From: Octopus sinensis
Taxonomy: Eukaryota
Direction: 5' to 3'
Length of the DNA: 64,000 nt
Assembly: GCF_006345805.1 (NCBI RefSeq)
Contig: NC_043015.1
Span: 25,916,001-25,980,000, forward strand
Shown: in pieces, positions 42,926-54,999 of the stretch
Position numbering within the stretch: position 1 is the stretch's first letter
Layout of the letters: each line of letters begins with the position of its first letter
Translations under genes and position numbers: made by a program
Notes under the pieces: generated by a model
The model's input: only the letters and a program-made list of their open reading frames with translations
Told to the model about the DNA's origin: nothing
The model's database searches: none

Positions 42926-43610
42926 CCTCATCATTGTTGGAATCGATATTGTCACCAATCTTAGCACCAACTTTACAACTGATCATATTTGATCCGAAAC
43001 CACTGTTTTTGCAGCCAGAAGCCTACCATATCAATAACTTTGTTTTAAGGCACACAACTTATTCCATATTTTCGGGGTTTTACTTATTATTGTCTAGCAT
43101 ACTAATTTTTTCCTCGAAATTTGAATTCATTTAACCAATTCTTATTTATTCATAAGTCATTAGCTCTTAAATAGATTGAAATCTCTTGCTATAATTAGGT
43201 CTTCAACATTTTAATGTTCTGAGATTACACATCTTCGATTTTTACTTTAATATATTTCGCTTGATGTCTCAGCATTATAATTTCTCTTCACTTACTTTAT
43301 TGCTTAATTCCCGCTCCAGTCTCAGATGTTTCTTGTAATTTCTATCAATATTTATTACCCCTGATACAACCTTTTCTCTTGCATAAACTAATTGCTGTAC
43401 TCTTCTATGTTTATGCGTAGTCTTGATAGAGAGGAAATTTAAGATCATATTAGTTGACGGTATTTAAATATTTTTGATTTAGCTTAACCCTAACTGAAGT
43501 TTTTTTTTAATTATTAACTTGTCTTTATTTCTAGAGGGATAAATCCTTCAATAAAGTTTCATTTTCTTCTCCTTCTTAAAAAAAATATATACACAGAGAA
43601 GAAAAAAAAC

Positions 43611-43795
43611 TGAACTGGCAGAATCGTTGGCAATATTTCGTACAATTTCAAAATCTGCTGAGGTCGACTTTGTCTTTAATCTTTTTCTGATCGATGAAAT
43701 AAGTACCTGTCAAGTACTGGGATTCATGCAGTTTAATATTCCCTTCTCTGAACACTGCAGGCATTCAGCCAAAATTTGAAAATATTATTATTATA
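43611..43795 (+). mobile_element. SINE family A copy (internally deleted)
   Basis: CTGGCAGAATCGTT...GAGGTCGACTTTG.CTTT.ATC...TCGAT.AAATAAGTACC...AAAATTTGAA, then an ATT tail. Confidence 0.75.
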
Positions 43796-43911
43796 TTATA
43801 TTTTGTCTTTGCTTTAATTTAGACAAGTTGCACCCAAGTCACGACCAGGGACGTCAAGGGACAAGGTTTTGCACTACCCTTGAATTGAGGCCAATGAACT
43901 AAATCTGAGAA

Positions 43912-44090
43912 GTGCTTGTTACTAGTTCTGATTACTGCTTCAACAGGTTGGAGCGTCTCTTATTCAGATTCTTTTGGAAGGGACGAGTTCCATTGGTCAA
44001 GTGGTCATTCTGTTGCCAGCTTCAACTGAATGGCGAATCAGGTATGCCGTGGCTCCTAATGCGAAGACAGACTTTTAGGTTACACCACGA
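43912..44090 (+). mobile_element. L1/Tx1-clade LINE ORF2 fragment (post-RT region)
   Basis: RLERLLFRFFWKGRVPLVKWSFCCQLQLNGESGMPWLLMRRQTFRL matches the FxWxG...V....C...GGLG.P motif of L1/Tx1 ORF2. Confidence 0.7.
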
Positions 44091-44104
44091 TTTTTGGACG
44101 ATGA

Positions 44105-44425
<321 letters not shown>

Positions 44426-44527
44426 AAAAGAATAAAAGAATTAGAATTGTAATTATTTCCATTCTTAAAGTGTCAGAATCGATAGACGAACGGGCTGCAA
44501 TAGGTTTGTGCAATATTTACTCTCCTT

Positions 44528-44742
44528 AAGGAATCGAGCTGGCAGAAACGTTAGCACGCCGGCCGAAATGTATGGCGATATTTCGTTTGTCTTTACGTTC
44601 TGAGTTCAAATTCCGCCGAGTAGACTTTGTATTTTATCATTTCGGGGTCGATAAACCAAGTACCAGTTGCGTAGTTGGATAGATCTATTCGACTGTCCCC
44701 TTCCCCCAAACTTTCGAGCCTTGTGCCTAGAGTAGAAAAGAA
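44528..44742 (+). mobile_element. SINE family A copy (best preserved)
   Basis: GAGCTGGCAGAAACGTTAGCACGCCGG..GAAATG...TTTACGTTCTGAGTTCAAATTCCGCCGAG..GACTTTG..TTT.ATC.TTTCGGGGTCGATAAA..AAGTACCAGTT...CCCCTTCCCCCAAA...GCCTTGTGCCTAGAGTAGAAA. Confidence 0.85.
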
Positions 44743-45064
44743 AGTTTACTCACCTTTGATTTAGATCATTAGTCCTAATCTCTTCAGGTTCGATAACTCA
44801 ATATACCGCCATGCACAAATCGATTCCGTCGACTGGGACCTCAAATATTGTTAGGTTTATTCCGTCCTTTGTATCCAATTTCAAGACAAATCTACTAAAT
44901 CTACTCATGAGCGCTGCAGCCCTTTTCCCTTTCATTAGACTACATCTCCCGTCCTGCTCCCCACCAAAAGTATTAAGATCCTTTCTGTTGACTTTATAAG
45001 TCATTCTCATTACCATCATCACCATCATTGTTTTATTAGTCGCCTCCTCAACCGCAAACTCGAT

Positions 45065-45067
45065 CTT

Positions 45068-45147
<80 letters not shown>

Positions 45148-45150
45148 ATC
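45065..45150. repeat. (CAA)n-(CTA)n microsatellite
   Basis: Direct reading of the sequence. Confidence 0.95.
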
Positions 45151-45329
45151 ATATTACAACATGCTCGCATTTTCGCTCACGAAACCCCGAAGCTATATAA
45201 CTGACAACAATTCCAGCTTCTAAAGCTCTGTTTTGTATGTAGATCGCTTTCAAACATTTGCGTTCCTTTGTTAACAGCTGATAGCTATTTCACTCTCCGC
45301 ACACCCCCGCATTCGCTCTCCCTCTCTCT

Positions 45330-45541
45330 ATGCCCGTTGCTCTCTCTCTCTCATTCTCTCTTTCTCTCTTTCTCTTCCTCCCTCTCTTTCTTCCTCTGTC
45401 TATTCCATCTCTCTCTCTTCCATTCTCTCTTTCTCTCTTTCTCTTCCTCCCTCTCTTTCTTCTTCTGTCTATTCCCTCTCTCTCTCTCATTCTCTCTTTC
45501 TCTCTTTCTCTTCCTCCCTCTCTGTCTGCCTCTGTCTATTC

Positions 45542-45579
<38 letters not shown>

Positions 45580-45580
45580 C
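45330..45580. repeat. CT-rich ~68-bp tandem repeat, three copies
   Basis: CATTCTCTCTTTCTCTCTTTCTCTTCCTCCCTCTCT starts at ~45352, 45421 and 45488. Confidence 0.85.
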
Positions 45581-45947
45581 ACCTCTCTCTGTTATCCCCA
45601 CCACACACTCTTACTGACCTGTTACAACTTTCTTCATATTTGTTGCTGCACATCTTCCTTTCTTACTCTCTCTCTCTCGCCATCATAGTCCTTCCTTCTC
45701 TGTCTCAGTCTCCCTCTCTCTCTCAATCACACACACAAACATTTTTCTCTCACTCTGTCTGTCTGTATGTCTCTCTGCCTCACACACACATTTTTCTTTC
45801 TCCGATCTTTCTCTTACACAATTTCGTTAGTTCCTCTCCATGCTTCAGTCATATATATACGAGTGTGCGTATATGTATGTATGCATGTGTGTACCTATAT
45901 GTGTGTGTGTGTATACAGGCAAATTTATATGTACATGTATATATACA

Positions 45948-45979
<32 letters not shown>

Positions 45980-46146
45980 CGTATATATGTATGTATATAT
46001 ACGTATTATGTATATATATATACGTATATGTGTATGTATATGTTTTTACGTCTATTTGTGAGTGTGCGTGTCAGTGTTTATGTGTCGGTGTTTATGTGTC
46101 GGTGTTTATGTGTCGATGCTTGTGTGTGCGTGTGTGTGTCTGTGTG

Positions 46147-46177
<31 letters not shown>

Positions 46178-46343
46178 GTCTCTCTGTCTCTCTCTCTCTC
46201 TGCGCGTATGTGTGTGTACTCAGCGCTACTGATACGATCGTGCTAAAATATATATGAACGCTTCAAGTGTTTCGTGACTAAAATGACGATCTGTAATTCC
46301 AGCGCAGGCACCATATTTTCTTTTACGACAAGCTTTAAGCACA

Positions 46344-46390
<47 letters not shown>

Positions 46391-48444
46391 GTCACACACA
46401 TACAATCATGCACACACATACACACATAAATAGACATAGAAGAAAAATATATTCGCTCGTGTCTTTCGTGCAAAACATAGTGGTGGTGGTGGTGGTGGTT
46501 ACAATCACTGGAATAAGGATGTCACGAAATCCGTAGAGTGATGTATTATATTCAATTACAATAAAACCCCATTATATAACTGGTACTTTGTTACATTGAA
46601 ATCCCGGAAGAAGGATGACTAGCAGAAGTTGAACTCCCGCCCGCGACCATCGCTACTAATTCTCACCAAAATTTTTGTTGTAATGAAAATATACAAACTT
46701 TGTTGTTGTATTTGGTTTGCAAGATTCTTGATGTAAATTCGTGTATTGAAACAATTCTATTTGTACCTTTGGACGGTCATTATATCAATAATAATAATAA
46801 ACACACGCACTAGTTAAATATCAACTTTTTATATTTCATCAATTGGTTAAATACCTAACCGATTGAATAACAATAAAGAAGTAGTATTGAACCTGTGCGT
46901 GTCTTTTTAATATTATTGGCGTAATGAGCTTCCCTAGACGCGACAAAATATACAGAGATTTACCAGTTAAGTAATGGTTGTTCCTAATATAGGCAATCCA
47001 GCTGCTCTTATCGACAACAAAGACAATTTCTGATTTGGCCAGAAATTTTGAGATGTCAATATTTTCGATTCTAGTAATTGATTAGAACTTATTTCGTTGA
47101 TCACCGAAGGATGAAAGGCAAACTTTATCATGGCCCGATTTTATCTCTGAACGTTAATAGACGGAAGTAACACCACAAGACATTTTCTCCGATATTCTAA
47201 CGTATTTGCCCATCCATGGCCTTCTATTTAAAAATAGTGAAAGGAAGTATTACAAATAATTTGGCAGTATTGAATGCAAAGATTCAGTTTTCGGTGACAC
47301 ATAAATGCTGGATACATAGCAATGTAATATCAATTAGAGGTCTCTATACCGAAATACAGGTCGGTACCAAACAGTCGTATGATCAAAAGGCCTGCCATTT
47401 GTGAGTTTTTTATATTTTTGCTGGTACATATCACTGCATAATCATTAATTTTGACACGTGCGTGGTCTGAGTGTTGTGGGATGTTGAAATATGTCTTGTG
47501 TTGCGTATAGTCCGCCGGGTTTTCCAGGAATACGATACTGGACACGGGTGTATGGCTTCAGCAATATTCTTCACTTATATTTAGCATATCCAATAAACTC
47601 ATATACATACACCTGACAGGAGCTTTACGCTGCTGTTAGCTATAGAAATATTATGCTCCCCGTGCAAACACTATTGGCTCTTTCAGTGATATTCTGGATG
47701 ACAACAAACGTGAGAAGAAAATAGAGAACGAGATAACAAAAATAATCATTCATATTTAGACATTCGATCTAAATCGTCAAAACGTTACCGAGGATGCAGA
47801 TAGACTTGATACTCCAGAATCTACAATCCATAAATACACTCTTCTGTTGCCATGAGACGACGAAATCATTCAACAACTAAAACATTCGTTTCTCCTTCGC
47901 CTACCAGCTTACTGAGCTTGTCTTTTCTTCTCATACACTCATGTATAAACGGTGTTAGATATTTTCGGATTTCACAAGGTTGTGTAAATTCATTTATGTA
48001 ATAAATGAATGAATATATAATTCAACCGTCTACTTTCTCTGTCACTCTCTACAGGAACATTAGAACATAAAATATCCGCCGCACAGAGTAATATATTAAG
48101 ACATGTAGAAAATATCGATTGAATCAAAAGGCCAAGAACAGAATCTATTGCACAGATTGTTTTATTCTATAATAAACACAGAAAAGGAATAGAGAGAGTT
48201 TAACTTTGCCAAAAGCAGCTTGGTTTGACTGTGACATGTCCAGTTGGCAAAATATTGTTATTGGTAACATAAAAGGGCTTCAATTTTGGGCCTCAAGTAA
48301 TAGAGAAATGATGTGGAACACAAATGAACGACGCAGTCTTCAAAAAGGCGGAAATATATACATATAAATAAATATGTACATACACATACATATACATTTA
48401 CATAGATATATACATACATAGGCATTTTTATGTGTCAATATATG

Positions 48445-48484
<40 letters not shown>

Positions 48485-48547
48485 ATGTATATATATGTAT
48501 ATATATATATGCATATATATGTGTGTGTATATGGGTGTATATATATA

Positions 48548-48581
<34 letters not shown>

Positions 48582-48728
48582 CAAGAATATAGATATATAT
48601 AGAGAAATATATACAGACACATATATATATATATATTGAGGGCGTGTGCATAAATATGCGTGCACGAGTGGATATCTATATGAAGGAATATGTATATATA
48701 TATATATATATATAATTATATATATATC

Positions 48729-49643
48729 GATCACCCCTCCAGCTCTCTCACCACCACCGCCTTTTTTAAACCTACGGATTCCCACCTCTATCTCAACTTC
48801 TCTTCCTACCACCCCTTCCACACCAAACGAGCCATCCCCTACTCCCAGTTCCTCCGCCTCCGACGTTTGTGCAGCCGCGACCAGGATTTCGAGACCCAAT
48901 CTCAATACCTGGCCCGCATGTTCAGACTCCGAGGTTACCCACCCATACTCCTCTCTGATGCCCTCACCCGCGCCCGTCGCATCGACCGCACTACCGCCCT
49001 GTCTCCTTCCCCCCGCCCAACCCCCAACCGCACCCCCTTCCCCCTCCTTTTCCACCCCTCTACCCTACCCCTTCGTCGCAAGATACTACGTGCCTTCCGT
49101 CGCCTCCAGCTTGATCCCACCACCCGTCCCATTTTCCCTAACCTACCCCTGTCCTCTTTCAAACGAGCCCGCAATCTGCGTGACCTCCTGGTCCACAGCA
49201 CCCTCTCTCCTTCCCCCTCAGCCCCACACGGATCATTCCCTTGCTCTAGATCCCGCTGCAACACTTGCCCCTTCATCACCAACACCACCGCTGTCACCGG
49301 CTCCAACCTGCACACTGTACGCATTAGGCACTCTTTTACGTGCACCTCGTCTGGCCTTATTTACTGCATTAAATGCAACCTATGCGGGATGCTGTATGTA
49401 GGACAGACGGGACGCCGGTTGTCCGACCGTTTCACTGAACACTTGAGGGACGTTCGCCTACACTCTCTTTCTCCCGTCGCACGCCACTTCCGCTCGGCCG
49501 GCCATTCCCTAGATGACATCTCAGTGTTTGGTCTCGACCCCCACCATGGTCGCCCACTTTCCAGGCTCCACTTGGAGCAACGCTACATCTTCACCCTACA
49601 AACTACCACCCCACACGGACTTAACACAGCCCCCTCCTCTTGA
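48729..49643 (+). CDS. Partial PLE ORF: end of RT/thumb, Cys-rich linker, GIY-YIG endonuclease
   Basis: FFKPTDSHLYLNFSSYHPFHTKRAIPYSQFLRLRRLCS (PLE thumb); PCSRSRCNTC..FTC (Neptune-type Cys linker); LIYCIKCNLCGMLYVGQTGRRLSDRFTEH...HF...HLEQRYI..LQT..PHGLN (GIY-YIG with conserved R, E, N). Open to TGA. The track's 5' MYIYIY comes from the flanking TA tract. Confidence 0.95.
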   Translation, partial: DHPSSSLTTTAFFKPTDSHLYLNFSSYHPFHTKRAIPYSQFLRLRRLCSRDQDFETQSQYLARMFRLRGYPPILLSDALTRARRIDRTTALSPSPRPTPNRTPFPLLFHPSTLPLRRKILRAFRRLQLDPTTRPIFPNLPLSSFKRARNLRDLLVHSTLSPSPSAPHGSFPCSRSRCNTCPFITNTTAVTGSNLHTVRIRHSFTCTSSGLIYCIKCNLCGMLYVGQTGRRLSDRFTEHLRDVRLHSLSPVARHFRSAGHSLDDISVFGLDPHHGRPLSRLHLEQRYIFTLQTTTPHGLNTAPSS

Positions 49644-49649
49644 GATCCG

Positions 49650-52460
49650 TTTTTTTTTTTTTTTTTTTTTTGTGGACACACCACCCACACACACCCACCC
49701 ACCTACCTCCCACACGCACACACCCACCCACCTACCTCCCACACCCATCCACCCACCTACCTCCCACACGCCTGTTCACACACACACATACGTAGACCCA
49801 TCTACGTACATACATTCACACATTTAATCACACACACTTACAGACATACTAACACACACTAACATACAAACCAACATGCACATACACACACACATACATA
49901 CATACGCACACACATACATACTTACACACACACACACACACAGACATACATACACACATACACACACACATGCATACGCACATACATACATACATACGCA
50001 CATACATACACACACACCGCACGTACATACTTCACACACACACATGCAAACATACATGTAGGCACATACATACATACATACCTACACATGCACACCCTTA
50101 CACTGAATGCACACACACATACACCTTTTTGCATCCAGGCAGCCCCCCCTCTTTTCTGCTTTCCGGTTCTGGCCGATGGATCCTCGGTTCCCGCGTAGCG
50201 GGGCGTTCGAGGGCCTTTGCGCTCGCGCGCCTTTGCGCTCGCGCGCCTTTGCGCTCGCGCGCCTTTGCGCTCGCGCAACTTGGCGCGCGCTGGGGGCTTG
50301 GTCGGCCCCTTGGGCTTGCGTTGTACTGCTTGTGCGTTGTGTGCGTGAGCGCGCTTCGTGTGTGTGGGCTTGCTTCGGATGTGCGCGTGCGTATGTATGC
50401 ATACATACCCACACACTCGCATGCATCCCTACCCACATACATACACGCACTCCTACTCACACACACACATACACACACATACCTGCACACACACACACAC
50501 ATACATACATACACATACATACCTCTTCAGACATACACACACACAGACATACACCCATACACTCACACTCACACGCATACACACACACACATACACACGC
50601 ACACGTACACATACACACACACACAACACACCTACATACATACATTACACTTGTATACACACACATTACATTCATACACACACACACCTACACAGCCATA
50701 CCCTCACTCAGACACACACATCTACCTACACACACACACAAACACACACGGACACACACCCATACATACATACATCTACACACACACGCCTACACACATA
50801 CATACACACATACATAAACACACCACACATACACATATACACACATACGCACACACACATATACTTATACACATGCACACACACAACACATACATACATA
50901 CACCCATATACATACACACACACATACCCACATACTCCTATACGCACATACATACACACAGACATACACACATACACACTCACACAAACATACACACACA
51001 CATACTTACACACACACTCACCTGCACGCGCACACACATGCATGACAAACACCCATACACTCACACTCACATACGCATACACCAACATAAACACGCACAC
51101 GCACACGCACACACACACCTACACTCCCACACACATACACACGCACCTACATACACACACGCACGCATACACACGCATACACACATACGTTACACACGTA
51201 CACACACACCTACATACACATGCATACACACACACACACACAAACATGCACGGACACACCCAGACATACACACATACACCTATATACACACGCCCACACA
51301 CCTACATACACACACATATACACACGCCCACACACCTACATACAACAACACATACATACACACACATACACGGACACACCCATACATACTTACATACATA
51401 CACCTATACACACACGCCTACACACCTACATACACACACATGCATACACACACACACATGTACGCACATACACACACATATACGCACATACATATATACC
51501 CACACACATGCACACACACACACACATACGCACATGCATGCATGCATGCACACGCGCACACCTACACGCATACACACACACACACGCACGTACACATACA
51601 TACATACACACACGCATACATACACCCATACACATACATGCATCCTACACACACATACATACACACTCACACATACATACACACACACACACACTCACTC
51701 ACACACCTGTATGTACGCGCACACACATGCACATACACACACTTCCCCACACCCACACGTACATACATACACACTCACACACATACACACACACACACAC
51801 ACACACGGACATACATCTATGCACACACATACATACACACATACTCACATACATTCATCGGACACACTGCCACCCGGACATACACACAGACACACTCATA
51901 CATCCACACACATACATACTTACGCACATACTCGCAGGCGCGCGCACGCACGCGCTTGCGCCGGTTCGCGCACGCATACGCACCGCAGGCACCTCGCTCT
52001 TGGACCCGACGAGACCTCCCGCCCGTTCCTGGGACCGTCGCGTGTCGTTGGGTTTTCCCACGCCCGTCTCCGCGGGACCACTCTTCCATCTTCCCCTCAG
52101 CTGGAGTCCTTTTTCCTTAACCCCACCCCCCTTTTTTCGTTACACACACGCGCACACATATACACACATTGCTTAAATATATACATTACTCTTACACACA
52201 TTCAATCTACTCGCCATTAATACCACCACGACACTGGACACACATACACACTACTACTCAACACACGCTGGCACGCTACATACGCCCCCACCCCTTCCCC
52301 TCCCTCCCTTCCTCCTTCCTTCTTTTTCTTACTACTGACCTTGTCTGCTAAGCTGACCACTAGTCTCGCCCTACCGCACACGCCTACACACAGACGCACA
52401 CACTAACACACACATATATATTTTTGTGTTTTTTCATCTCGCTTCACACACACACATACA
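49650..52460. repeat. Poly(T) followed by ~2.8 kb of degenerate (CA)n/(CATA)n with two GC-rich islands
   Basis: C/A-rich + strand; islands at ~50128-50400 and ~51935-52110. Confidence 0.9.
50213..50276. repeat. Four perfect 16-bp repeats GCCTTTGCGCTCGCGC in a CpG-rich island
   Basis: Units start at 50213, 50229, 50245 and 50261. Confidence 0.95.
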
Positions 52461-52666
52461 CACACGCACACGCACACACTCACACATACACACACATCTG
52501 TTGCGTTACGAACCTTATCTCCACTCTTTTGCCTTTAAAAACCCACTTTGCTCTGTTTTCGTAAACATCCGCCTTTCACCATGTGCAACTCGTAAACACC
52601 AGTCGTCTTTTTTCTCTTTCCCTGTTGCCCGCTCTGGGATCTTTCTTTCCTCTCTCTTCCTTCTTT

Positions 52667-52704
52667 ATGTTTCCGACGAAGAGCTCCGCTCGAAACGTCA
52701 TGCC
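52667..52704 (+). ncRNA. Minimal type-I hammerhead ribozyme-like motif (PLE-associated, variant core)
   Basis: CCGACGA-A-GAGC-TCC-GCTC-GAAA-CGTC: core boxes, 4-bp stem II, palindromic ACGT stem III, putative cleavage after GUC at 52699. U4 is replaced by C and stem I is weak. Confidence 0.65.
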
Positions 52705-52884
52705 TCCCTGCTTCCATTTCCTGAGCGCCTATTAATAATAATACTGTAATTGTTCCATTGTTGTTGTTTTTTTGTTTCCCGTTTGGATTAAAATTATATA
52801 TATATATATAATATATATATATAATATATATATATATATTATATATATATATATTTAAAAAGGAGATGTGGAACACGAGTTGTG

Positions 52885-53219
52885 ATATATAAAAAGGGAA
52901 TGAAGAAAATGCTGACAAAATAATTTAAGTAATTTAAGTAATTTAATTAGGTGAAAGTTCTTTTTACCGGTTGCGCATTTGTTATGCTTATCAAAATATG
53001 TTTTTTTAAGAGAGATAGAGTTACTTTCTGATAGATTTGTTTCCTCTTATCTGATAAGAGGGAAAAAATCTATCAGAAAGTAACTCTATCTCTCTTTAAA
53101 AAACATCTTTTGATAAGCATAACAAATGCGCAACCGGTAAAAAGAACTTTCACCTAATTAATTACTTAAATTACTTAAATTATTTTGTCAGCATTTTCTT
53201 CATTTCCTTTTATATATAT
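52885..53219. repeat. Near-perfect ~335-bp palindrome centred at ~53052
   Basis: Arms of ~165 bp with about six differences; centre CTTATC-T-GATAAG; TA-rich ends. Confidence 0.95.
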
Positions 53220-53227
53220 ATATAAAT

Positions 53228-53359
53228 ATTTATTTTGTAGAAGGAGCTTCTACAGAACTAGGACTGGTTCATTCAAAAGAAATCATTAGGAAGCTTGCTG
53301 ATGATTTCTTTTGAATGAAACAGTCCTAGTTCTGTAGAAGCTCCTTCTACAAAATAAAT
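53228..53359. repeat. 132-bp palindrome centred on AAGCTT
   Basis: ATTTATTTTGTAGAAGGAGCTTCTACAGAACTAGGACTG.TTCATTCAAAAGAAATCAT is mirrored with ~3 mismatches. Each arm holds its own small hairpin GTAGAAG-GAG-CTTCTAC. Confidence 0.95.
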
Positions 53360-54469
53360 TAATTTACTCTGCTATGTATTGAGTACCTTATTTACTGTGG
53401 TTAACCCCGACTCAACCCGGGACCTACATATATATATATATATATATACAAAGACACTAAGGATGCAAGTGAAACATTTGGGGTGTGTATATATATATAA
53501 AGAAGCATTGGGGGGGGGGGCGCACGCATATGTAAGTGTGTGTGGTTGTGAACATGTATGTGCATTCATACGTTTGTGAATGAGGAATGTAAATGAGAGC
53601 GCATGTGCGTGAGAAGGAACGCTGCAACCAACCCATGCTTTGAGTAAAAGCAATCTGGAAAGTAATGAAATATTATTTGTGCAGAATAGTCTGTTTTGTT
53701 ATGTAGAGAGCAATGACGTAGAATGAATCGTTCTCCAAGACTGACGGAGCCATGTTAATTGTGCATCAACACTTGTAGAAATGGGCGTGAGACTGTAAGA
53801 AGATTTGGTTATAAAATTGCAATGAGTGGTGAAGCCGGAAGAATAGAATAAAAAAATAAATGTTTGAAGTAACAAAATGGTCAAGAAGTAAGAAATGGAA
53901 AGGCTGTGGTCAAATATTTGAGAGGAGGAATCATGTGAGGAATTAAGAACAGATGAGGGGAAAAGGAAAATGGGAGGAAGTTAAGAGGAGATAGTTGCTC
54001 TGGGATGGGTAAAGGATAGCAGTGGAGAGTTAGCGCTGGAACTGCTGGCTGCCTGATTACGTCACAGTAAACATACGCATTCGCGCACTCACTCATACTC
54101 ATGTGTACACCCATCACACCTGTAAGCGTCAACGTAAGAATTTTATGCAAACTTTTGTTTGCAAGCCACAGCTGAGCGTGTGTCTACATTACATTGACTT
54201 TGCTCTGGAAGGAAGTATATACACAAATATGTATAAATGCCGAAGAATGCTCGCATAAAGACCGTTTTTGTATGCGCATGCATTTTTGTATATATGAGCA
54301 ACGCATGTATCTAGACATGCTGTAGGTGTGCAAGGTTATACTCATACCCACGAGGAGAACTAAAAGAACACGAACGAAACAAGAAATAAAAAGCAAAGAT
54401 GGGAACAAAGGGAAAAGAAGTCTCCCTCTTTTCCTTTTCGTCCCTTTCTTTTCTATACATGAACGCGTA

Positions 54470-54520
<51 letters not shown>

Positions 54521-54999
54521 AAATGGGACAAGAACGCAAAACACCCAGACAGTTAGGTGATACAAAAATGGGACGACAAAACATACAGATAGACGATACA
54601 AAGAAAATAAGTACGGGTCATTCGGAGATTTCTTTCCTCAGTCGAGTTCCAGATTATCTTTGCAATTTCGGCTGGTTATACATCGAGATTGCACCAATCT
54701 GGCCAGCCCCACGGAAAAACTAAGCTAAGAGCATTAGATTCCTTGGAAGAAAGCAGCGAATGTATACGAAAACAAGGACGGAAAAAAACGGAGAAGGTTA
54801 CACAAATACAAATAACAGGACATAACAACAGGTGTCTTTCGACTAATGACGAATTAAATTAAGCTGGCGTGTGTGACGATTTCGCAGGCACAGGGAAGAA
54901 TATAGATTGTTTGTAGTACATACATGAAACCGCTTACAAGAATAGAGATTAATGTATAATTTGTCTATGTTCATAAGTCTTTGTTTACAATATTGAAAG

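Larger units (their letters stand above)
48728..52791 (+). mobile_element. 5'-truncated Penelope-like retroelement (Neptune-type) with long 3' region, inserted in (TA)n
   Basis: PLE ORF remnant at the 5' end, hammerhead-like motif and ATTAAA (52787-52792) at the 3' end, TA tracts on both sides. The 3' boundary is inferred. Confidence 0.8.

Noticed and set aside
50160-50215. HDV-like ribozyme in GC island 1 (GGA-TCCTCGGT-TCC)
   Set aside because: A P3/L3-like element is present but no complementary P1 or P2 could be built. None was seen at the R4/Dong 5' end either.
51994-52055. Second CCGACGA in GC island 2
   Set aside because: No GAAA box downstream; kept only as a generic stem-loop.
49970-52220. 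716-aa and 620-aa His/Thr-rich ORFs
   Set aside because: Translation of (CA)n/(CATA)n, which lacks stops on this strand; overlapping frames are open.
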